Below, piece by piece: positions 1 to 10,800 of a stretch of 64,000 nt of DNA; positions within the stretch are counted from its first letter, which is position 1, and each line of letters opens with the position of its first letter. The notes under the pieces were generated by a model. That model ran no database searches and was not told where the DNA came from. It worked only from the letters and a program-made list of their open reading frames with translations. A program made the translations under genes and the position numbers. Location: NCBI GenBank assembly GCA_036172245.1, contig JAYWIR010000031.1, positions 1,426,001 through 1,490,000 on the forward strand, in the 5' to 3' direction. This DNA is from Raillietiella orientalis. Its lineage: Eukaryota.

Positions 1-12
1 ACACTTTGATCT
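1..12 (-). pseudogene. U2 snRNA fragment (nt 24-35), cut by the window edge
   Basis: The reverse complement of 1-12 is AGATCAAAGTGT, which equals U2 nt 24-35 (AAAG variant). It lies 4 nt from an oppositely oriented U2 nt 1-22 copy. Confidence 0.65.
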
Positions 13-16
13 GAGA

Positions 17-38
17 ATCGCTTCTCGGCCTTTTGGCT
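17..38 (+). pseudogene. U2 snRNA 5' fragment (nt 1-22); not a complete gene
   Basis: Exact ATCGCTTCTCGGCCTTTTGGCT, the conserved U2 5' end. The match stops at 38 and no further U2 body is recognisable after it. Confidence 0.9.
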
Positions 39-567
39 GGCGTTCACACCAAAACATACGTAACTATTGATCCTCAAGATGACAGGAGGAACTGATTGCT
101 GATTACAAATCTCCTGGCTTTCCAAGATTGTGATAACATTTTAAAACACACTTCGAAAACAACAGTATCAAAAAACCCCTTGTGATGATTGATTAGAAGT
201 TAATTCCAGTTTTACTCAAGATCTATTAGAGGAGACAAAAAATCATTGGTAATGATGAAAGTCTACGCAGAATAAAAAAATGAAATAAGTCAAAACTTTT
301 TCCTGTCAAGAAAACTCATCAAGATGAATTTGAAAAAACAACTCTGCATTACGAATATATATTCATGAACTTATTTAACTCCTTATTCACACACTCTTTT
401 TGTCAAAGTTGGAAATACATCCTCCAATAACATGAACTTTCAAACACAATCAGTACTGACACATAGGTTTCTGGCAGCTTGTGTAATCAAGTAACACATG
501 TATGGAAATAAATGCAACACACTGTATGATACAGAAGTATTCCTTTAAAATTTACATAATAACTTAC

Positions 568-3038
568 TTTACAAATGCAACATGTAAAACATGAAGGATG
601 CCAACACTTGTTCTTTCCAACTCGATCAGCAAACACGGCCACTTCTCCCTTTTTAATAGCTTGGGAACATTCACAGCAATTCCAAGTTCTTGTATCCGTG
701 CATGACAAATTGTCTCCTGTTGTAGGAGATGAATTGCAGATGGAGTTATTTTTTAATGCAAGTGACTCGGAATCGAGTTTGTTTTCTGTAAGTTCAGAAA
801 GAAGCTCAGCTGATCTTGTGTTTCCTGTTCCTTGCTGACATGGGTAAACAATTAAAAAAACATTCTTGCATCAAGGTACTTACTTCCTTCACAACTGATG
901 ATGCAAATTCTTTTACCATACCTAAACCTACAACATGCTGTTTGATATTTTCTATGTATTCCTGCAGGCTAAAAATGTGCATTTAGAACTTTTTTATCCA
1001 AAGAATATCAAAAAACACACTTTTGACTAATTATTCCAAAAATCAAAATCATCTAGGATATTAATGGAACTCCCTCATAACATTAGCCCATATAAAAACA
1101 TCAAATTTCATCAATCAGAATCTTTCTAATCAAAGATAAATATTTAAGGATTAATTGCAATTATTTCTAATCTTTATGAATAGCTAATCTTTATTCTTCC
1201 TAAAACCAAATATGCGATCAGTTACAATTAATGTAATTTTCTATTTCTCATATGATTCACATATCAGGAGGATATGATTTCACATTATGAAACACTCAAC
1301 AAAAGTATAGTAATCTTAAATAGAAGATATCCCTATTTTCACTTCTATAACAGTGCTACCAACTATACATGCAAAAATCCTGATACAAGGGTGGCATTAT
1401 TCTGTAAAACAAGAATATAGCAAATTTCCCTGCTTATCAACCATATATAAACGCAACATAACCAAAGTATCATTCTTAAAGTTGGAAGATTTTGCAAAAA
1501 ATCTCAAGCGTCGAAGTTTAATATCGCATATTGAAAATAATCATTTTTAGTAAAGTATTAGAAGCAATTTCTCTCTGTGCATAAAACTTGATGGCTGCCA
1601 AAAATCACCCAGTGCTAGCCAGTTTCCAGAATTACATAAAGGATGTCCTATTCAAGCTAATTGCTTTACAATCATTACACTCACTTCATATAGCCCTGCT
1701 TTTTTCCTGGAAATCTTTATTTTTTCTTGTGGTGCTCTTCCAACAAGAAAGAAAGAAATCAAAATTATAAATGAAAGATTTGAATACATTTTGATCAGCC
1801 CTACTAAGCAGCAGTAAACTCCAAAGATATATCTTGACATCATTGAATAGTTTTTAGGTTTCAAATTTTTACTTGCCCTTCTTGTGTATAATGTATTTTG
1901 TCTAAGTATGTTCAAGACTATTTCAACAGATAGACTTGCATGTCCTGCAAATTAATTTAGTTACCTGAAGTATAATTTACATACTGCAGAAAAACAAAGC
2001 ACTGTGCCTAGATGGTAATGAAAGCTAAAGCAAAAAACAGGATGAAGACTGCCTTCCAATAATACTCATCTATGCATAGTCTGCATTAACAAACAACTGG
2101 AGCTTTTGTTTTCAACATCTTTCATATTATTAATGCAATTATCTTTGACAATGCAAATATACTTGAACACAGGAAAAAAAAAACAAAACACAAAAAGGCA
2201 GATAAGAGCATCATGAACTAGTTTTTCATTTGCCATTCATGAGATCGTTCATTACCTTTGTCTTTCTGTGTCTGATAAGGCATGACATTGAGAAGCATCC
2301 ATATCGTGGGATGGAATTTGCTCTTCGATTTGTTTTTTCCTGTTTACAGATCCTTCACTCCCTTCAATCGGAACTTTATTTTGGGGAAGCTGTTCCATAT
2401 ATTTTCGTGCCTGGATGAGAATGATATAGAATTTCAAATCATACATTACACTGCATAAATAAACATACATAAACATTTTATACATACTAGATGAACAGGA
2501 ATACCAGGAGGAACCCAGTCGAACTTAATTGTTTTTTTTTTCTGTGGATCATAAGGATCACTCACATCCAAATTAGTCCCTAGAAATAATAAATCACTGA
2601 CTCTTCATGATACTTATATTGAAGAGCTATATCACCATAACAATAGCTTAGCTCTTCTTCTTTCGATCGCAGAGGTCGATCAAATAATTTGCCAACCCTA
2701 AGGAAACCGGGATCTTCCAATTCTTTAATATCATGATCTTCTTTTCGACAGCGACAGTTTTTACAAACTTTTCTGAAAAAAAAAATTCCAAATGAAATCG
2801 CTGATATCTATAATTTCAAGTAAAAGATTCACCTCCAAAAATGCAAATCAAAACCAGTGCATTTATCATGGCACTTTAAGCATTTGGCTCCAGCACCAAT
2901 TTCATGAGCGAGACTTTGCTGAAATGAAATCTCCTTAATTTCTGTGATCTTAAGTACTCCTTAAAATTCTCCAAGAATCATTGCTATTTAGAAATATCTA
3001 ACTTTTGGTAGAGTGATAGGCATAAACGATGAAAACAT
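568..3038 (-). CDS. TES: Testin-like protein (Cys-rich + PET + LIM domains), 3'-partial, continues left of the window
   Basis: GT-AG exons that join in frame: 3038-3003 (tentative ATG exon), 2918-2833 ([27 protein letters not shown]), 2772-2636 ([13 protein letters not shown]), 2579-2488 (FDWVPPG), 2410-2256 (KYMEQLP...[19 protein letters not shown]), 968-884, and 834-568 (first LIM: CCECSQ...[12 protein letters not shown]). The last ends at a GTAAGT donor. Confidence 0.9.
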
Positions 3039-6000
3039 GATGTTGGATGAGCAATTAAACATGTAACTTTGGTATTTGATACCTTCAATCACTTTCACTT
3101 CTAAATATGCATCTTAACTTTAGACTGTATGGAGGAAGTTTAGCATGACAATAAAATTTTGACATACGCAATAGCACATTTCCGTGTTTCTTATAAGAAT
3201 TAATAATACAAGAATTAACAAGGGACATTTTTTATAGTACAAAACCACGCATTCATAAGTTTGCTTTTCATTGCAATCAAAAATCAGAGTTCTAGTAAAC
3301 TGATTTAAATCAAAGATATAAAATATTGCAATACTGTATATCCTCAATAAACCAAATGTCCTGTAGAAATCTGCATATTACAATAACAGTGATATTTGTT
3401 TTTCCACTTTCATCAAATTTAACTTGAAAATCTCAAATTCTAGAAAAAAGTGCAGGAGCAACAGATGACTCAAGCAGAAATATCTCGATATATTAAGGAA
3501 AATACCAATGTATTCTAAGGAAGCACTTAAAGTTCTTTATAAACACTGCCTTTTTCCTAACACCCAGCCTTCATTAATTATAATCCCACTAAGCACATAA
3601 CTTAGCCTAATGAATAGGGAATAATAAATGCATGCAAGCTCTGTAGGTGGAATTAACGTTCAAAATGTTTATGCTAAATGGGACAAATATTCAGAAAAGA
3701 ACACAAAAATGAAGACGTATTTAAGTTCAGTCGGATAAATTAATAACCTGCTTGGTAGTCACTTTATAAAATGTGAAAAAAAAAAAAAAAAACATCTTGC
3801 TATTTATAGATTTTTTCCACAGTATCAGGTTAAAGTATATAAGCAACCATCATATAGAACATCAGCACAAACAGCTAAAATATTCTGGGGGGTATTAGCT
3901 TCTACACTTATGCCTTACTGGAGAATAATTACTATTCCGTGGAAAACACAGGGAATTTTGGGATTCATTATTCTTTCAAGGTTTATTAAATGCATTTTTG
4001 AAATCATATGACGTTTGATGGTTATATACTTCATTTGAATTGGCTATATCCATAACATGATTCAAACTCCGGAATTCTAAATTTCACAACAAATATGAAG
4101 AAACAGCAAATGGCATTTTGGAATCTCTAATTTGAAATTTATTTTAGGCAAACTTTAGATCTTTGTATAAACACACTTTAGCTTTTATGAACAAAGTTTT
4201 GGTTATGCTTTCATACAGTCTTGACTTGTTATGAGTTTTCTCCAGGAGATTCTTTTTTCCAAGACTGGTTACTACGAATTATCTTTTCGTTCAAAATTCT
4301 AAAAACTGCACTCTTTCCACATCGAACTTGATTGGGGAAAGCTTCAACAGAGTGATGAGGACCAACTGAATAACACATGGGCAGTCAGCATTTCAAACAT
4401 TTAGGCCATTCAAATGTTCTGTATTCATTTTACAGACAGTCTTACAAACAAAATCAGTTCTGACTCTTCTGTTTTGTCTCATTATAACTATGTAGCAATC
4501 AGAAAATCCAAGTGTTTACCAATACCATACTAATCATCTCCGTTAGCATTCACAAAGATGGATGAAAGATGAAATAAACTGTTCTATCACTAATTTCTAG
4601 TTTACTGCTAATCAAACAATCTTGTAATTATTTTCACTCTTCAAAATACCAGCTGGACATAAATTTCTGTTTTAATTTTTATATCACCTTACTGTTGAAA
4701 TGAATAATGTACTTACTTCACTGTTACAATCTTTTCATAAATTAGATATTATTGAAAACATATCTAATGAATTTTTCCTTCAGAGTTCATGTTCAGCTTA
4801 CATCTTATGAAAAGATAAACATCTCATATAATGCTTCTTTTTAGAAAAACACATGGACCACAGAATCATCAAAGTAAACTTTCAGAATGTATTCATAACT
4901 GCTGGATAGAATTTTTGGATTTCAAAACAAAACTGGACTCTGTAAACATACTGATGAGATGAGATATAGAAATAATTCAGATTACAAAAACCAGTTGGTC
5001 CGAATCAAAGTAAAACAATGCAAACTAAAGACTAAGCCGACAAATATATTGTACAAGCGCAGAATATAGAAAGTCACAAGTTCTTCTAAGACATTTGTAA
5101 AGCTGTGAACATCCTTAACTGAAATTGCTAATGCGTACTTCATGTCTGAATCTTTATTGGATGAAAACTGGTTTATGGCTTCTGTTAACTTCACTCCATT
5201 GTAAGTCTTATTTATTTACAGTTCATTCATCCTGGGCAATACTTCTTATCAAGCTAATTTCATGATTAGTTTCTCAACTGTTTCTTCTTTATAGCTTTCC
5301 ATCATACAAGGCACTGCTCTTGAGGATAAGCTCATGTTTTTTAAATTATTTAGTGTCTCACATTTAAAACCCTCCTAGAATTCAAACTCCGATTAATAAT
5401 CTTGAAAATAAGATACTTTTGTCATTTACTCAGTTATGATCACCAAAATTATGTTTACATAGACAAAACATTAATCTTAAGTTCTGGTTCTTGTTTTATT
5501 AAGTTAGTATGTACTGAATTTAAGCAGACAATCATTCTATAATAAATAAGAAGATAGGTTTATGCTCAATGGATTTTTCACTTTTCCACATGCTTTTGCC
5601 CATTTTTTTTTTTACTAACTTTTCCTCCACATTTTGCCATCTACTGTTCACTATCAGTTTATTATTGAAACACTATTTTCAAAATACTTTGAAAGTATTT
5701 GCCTTATGAAAATTATCCTTCCAAAGTTTTAAATTATTTTGTATATGGAAGCAATATCTAATATTCCTTAACATCAATTTTGATTTCAGAAATATCAAGA
5801 ACAAAGCTAAGGCTAATGCTCTTCAGAAATCATATCTCACTTCTACTGCAAAATTCCTTCAAATTCCAGTACTTGATTTCATTGCAACAATGTATAATGA
5901 GAATGGGCAACATGGAGAATGTGCATGGGTTCATATAAGATATTTTGGATAGCACTGAATCCACATCTTTAACCATTTGGTATTCAATTAAACAAATCAG

Positions 6001-6155
6001 TAATAAAATGAATACAAACCCATCATCTTATCCATACAGGATAGAACATGGTAATTGACAAAATGTTACAACTTAAAACTAAGTAGTTTAAAAATAAGTT
6101 ACTTTAGCTCATAAATCACTCGAAAAGCTCAAGATGCCTCAATACGATAAAAAAT

Positions 6156-6184
6156 TAAAAGCATAAAAACTTTTTATGCTTTTA
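6156..6184. repeat. Inverted repeat, 14-bp arms with a 1-nt spacer
   Basis: TAAAAGCATAAAAA-C-TTTTTATGCTTTTA. Confidence 0.75.
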
Positions 6185-7836
6185 TTTTTACAAATATTAA
6201 TGATACTAAAGAAACAACAATAAGAATGTTTACCTAAAGTATATTAAAATACTATTTTCTTGTATTGTGCATATCAGTTAAAACCACGTAAATCAGGAGC
6301 AAACTGTGCAGCTCTTAAAATCACAAATGAGTACATTGAAGCTAAAGTGTAAATGTTATTGTACTATGTGGAACTCATCCTTCCAATGAAGATACTGAGT
6401 TTGAAAACCTAAGAGAAGAATCCAAAATACTAAAAACTGATACACAGTATACTGCAATCCAAAATCAATTTGCCCAAAAAAACGGAAAAAGAAAAAAAGG
6501 ATGGAAAGCAGCTAGAGAAAAATTTTGCATAGTAAAATGGATGATTTAAATCTAGGGATGACATTTTACAAAGTACCTTACAACCTAAGTTTAATGAAGG
6601 TCTGCTGCTTTTTTTTAATGTGCATTGTAACTCAAGTTCAAAAAAGCGGAGTTCCATCTGAGCATATCTTATACAAAAAACACCTTGCCGAAACCAGACA
6701 ACACAAAATCAACTTTATGGAAAATAAGACTAAAATTTCGTGATAACCTGGCCACATGAATAAATTCCAATTACTTCTTAATAATGTAAGGGCAAAATCT
6801 TTTCCATTACTTAAATTCAATTCTAAAGATGCTTTAAGGAACATAAATTTATTTTATATGATGAACCAAGGGTGATGTTTTCATAAATATGGCTTAAAAG
6901 ACAGTGCGCAATTAGATTTTTGAAATATTTGTCCTGTTTTTTGATGCTTAACAATTTTACTTATTATTTCCAATTTTTAAAATCTTTCATGAATTGAATT
7001 TTACAAACTTAGAATAATTTCATACCTTCTTTTTGGATTTTTCTATTTCAAACAAATAGGGATTAGGTTGTGCACAACCATGGGTTGAATGACTACACAT
7101 ATTGCATATAATAAAAATTAAAGCTACTTTTTCATTATTTGGAAATTTAAAAAGTAAAAGCTATGTTTTAAAACTATAAATTTTTCCTGAAAACACAATA
7201 ACTCTTAAATGTATTCAATAATTTTTCCACAGTAATAATTCTGTGTATTACTATGATTAGTGTAGTACTGAATGAAAAGGAGCTTGAACAGAACATCTGC
7301 ATGCACCTAACTGTTATGGCATGCATAATTTCTGGATACTCTGGAAATGAGAATAATGAAATTTTTATATTAAAGTGGATATTCACAACAGTAAATAATG
7401 ATTATATGAACACTCACAGTAATATCAACATATTTAACCCTGTTAGAGTATACAACCTTTAAGAATGAACACCTGTAAATTTCAAACTTATAGGTGATAA
7501 TTCAGTGTTTTGTGCATCAGGATTAACTAATGAGTACATATTATCTACCATATGAAGATATGTAATTAATAGAACAAATACTTTGACAAATTTTCATTAT
7601 GTTCTTCTTAGAATTCAATAATCACAAAGAATTACTACATACATGAAAACACCAAATTCAAAATATCATCAAATAATTTACGGAATCCAAGCATTTTTTT
7701 TTTTAATATAAAATATTTTAGAACAATGGTTTATGAAAAAGCATGGATTGCTTTAAAATGTGATCAATTTATACAGTTAAATAAGTTAATGAAATTATAG
7801 AACAATAATATAAAATATATTATTCATATATTAATG

Positions 7837-10800
7837 TCAACTTCTTTGTGATGCACAAGAACTGACTGATGATCGGGAAGTAAGTGACGTGGTATGTGAA
7901 TGTTTTTTCGTTGCTGTTAGATCAGAAGAATGAAGACTTTGCTGAATACTTCTTTCTGTAGTCTGTAAACTTGCACTGGAGTTAGCACTAATCATGCTAT
8001 CAGTTCTTGATACAAATGAAGGAAACTTAATTACATCCTCTAGGTCATTATCTGGACTGTAAACAGATGCTACAAATTCTTCATAGGTACACAAATTTTG
8101 ATGCTTATTAAAAATTGTTCCTAATGCTTTGGCTCTTTCTTGATAAAAGTTTTCATAAAAAGGTAATAAATCTCTTTGTGCCTTTGAAGCATTAATAGCT
8201 GTTGCTCTCACAAGGGATGATAATATAGATTTGTCTATTACTATGCCATTGAATAAAGGGCCAAACATGGGTATATCTTTTTTCTTAGAAATCTCAATAT
8301 GATACATATTGTTTTCTAATGGATAAACAACAATCAGCACATCACAAAATTCAGTTGCTAAGATTTCTCTTCTGTACTGACGATAATGTTCTGACCAAAC
8401 AATGTGAATCTCATCATTTCCTAGATGTCGCATTTTATGAATGATGCTCTGAGGATCATCATTTCCTGGCATGCGAGTAGATACGTGGAAAATGACTTCA
8501 CAAAAAGCAGTAGCATAGTATGGTGCAGTTTCACCATTCACTCCATTCTTTTGCAATCCACCCAAGAATCCGGCATGAGATTCAAGTTCTACTTCCCATC
8601 CTAACCCTGCTACAAAGTCTTCAAAATCCGGACTTCCCACTGAATTTGATAGAATCGAATGCTTATCTTCCTGTCCTGATGCCACATAAATAACAGCTAC
8701 TTTGTAGGTTTCCCGACATTTCTGTCCATCCAAATTTTTAAGCTCTCTAATAAATTTATCATTTTTCTGCAGCAAGTTGACCTGGTTTCGCTTTTCAATA
8801 TTTGACAAACCTAAATGAGTAAAAAGCAATCTTGAATAGTGAAATGCTGAGGAAGGCATAAATATTGATGAAGCATGCTGCACTGGAAACTTGGCATCAC
8901 ATGTCATGGAATTCAAATGATGAATCTCATCATTTTTTTGATTTGCAAGCTCAGTTATTAAATCATCCTCAAGTTCTTGTGGTAAATATATGTTTGAGCA
9001 ACTAGGTTCATTCAAGGGCGCACTATGTACTTTTAAACATTCAGGGCTTGTACATCCAATATAACACAGGAGATCATTTAAATTATCAGCATCTTTCATG
9101 CTATTAGAACACTTGGGTAACATATATGATGACTGCTTGTGAAACATCGGAGAAGATTTTACAAGATGAGAAAACTTTTTTGGAACATTGGCTTGTATAA
9201 ATGACGGATCTCCTTTTTCAGATGACTTTGTATCCAGTGAAAAATTTGGTGGTAAAAGTGCTTGTGAACTTCTCCAACACTGTTCTGGAGTTCCATATAA
9301 TATAGAAGCATCCCAACATGCTTTGCCAAAAAGACTTCTTAGTATCACACGTACTTGATTTGGAGCTGTAACTAACCCTCCAGTAATTCCGCCTCCAGGA
9401 GTCTCCACTACAGGTAATTCAATAAAACTGGCTATATAAGAATTATTTAACGCAATCAGTTGAAGATTGGGATAATGCAATGTATACGAATTTGTTTCCT
9501 CTTTCTCCAGATTACAAAGATCATCTTGTTCTGTTACTAAAGAACTCATTCTTGAAGCTCCAACACTCATGGGAAAATGATGCAAATGATTTATAAGGTA
9601 CTGAGTAACAGTCCTACCACACAACGCTATTGCATCTTCTTGCAAAAGATTAATTTTGTTTGCATCAGGGGCACCATTTGGTAATAAGAGTTTTGGAATT
9701 TGAATGCCCAGATTAAGAACTTCAAATACTAATATCAAAAGCTGTTTTTGGTTTAATCTCTTTTCCAATAGCACTGATAATGGCACATTCATACACCAAG
9801 TACCCAGGCATAACATATGTGACATCAACAATCGCTGCATTTCCATTCTCCTTGGAACAAAATTTAAATGAAGCAATCTAGATAATGATTCAGAAATGCC
9901 TTTAATTATGGCATATGGTAACTCAGGGTGTAATTTGAAAAGCTGAGATGTCTGATCTGCAATGCATTGGAGCATATCACATGCCATCTGGGCAATTTGA
10001 ATCTCAGTGCTTTCCAGTGCTCTAAGAATCACATGAACAGCTTCAGGCACTTTGGTTTGCTGTTGATTATGAACTAGATCTGAATAGATAAACACTGTAA
10101 GAGCATTCAGTGCAATTATTTTAGTTTCAAAATTAGAATCATGTTTGCCACTTCGCAATAAAATATTTATAACTGTTTCTTTTGCATCAGTAACAGTAGT
10201 CAAACTGGCTCGGCCTTCTTGGAGAGTAAGAACACTTAAGGAAGGTACTTTACTAACATAGATCACTATGCTGGCAACAGTCAAAATGGCTTCTAGACGA
10301 GGAAGATCTTTATAATCACTTGAAAGAATAGAATTAGCAGCAAATAAGAAATCCAGCAACAGCAAAGAGGAAGCTGGCAACATGGCAGAAATGTAGCGAG
10401 GTCCACACCATTTGATGATAGCTTGCGTAATGTCTTTGTCTGAGCCACTTAAACCGAACTTCATGACATTGAAAAATTGTGCAAGTTGGTCCTTAGTAAA
10501 AGGGATATCTTGCAAGCTAAAAAAAATTTTGCAAATCACTTGAAATGCTGCTAACTTTCCCTTTTTATAGGATGAAGGAAGAAAAACACATTGAAAACAC
10601 CAGGGTAGAAACAGAGTGTTAGGAAGAACCACATCTGGAGGAGCAGGTGTGCTATTTTTGCCAACTGAGATACCCAAATTCCTTCTTATCTCTATCATTG
10701 TATTGCATAATTCACTCAAAATCTGAAATATGTGAGCATGAGCATCAGGCTGGCAAACTAAATTAGGATTTCCTAAAGCACCCAATAAACGTTTCCATAG

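Noticed and set aside
17..210. Full-length U2 snRNA gene
   Set aside because: The match ends at nt 22, and no branch-recognition region or 3' stem-loops follow.
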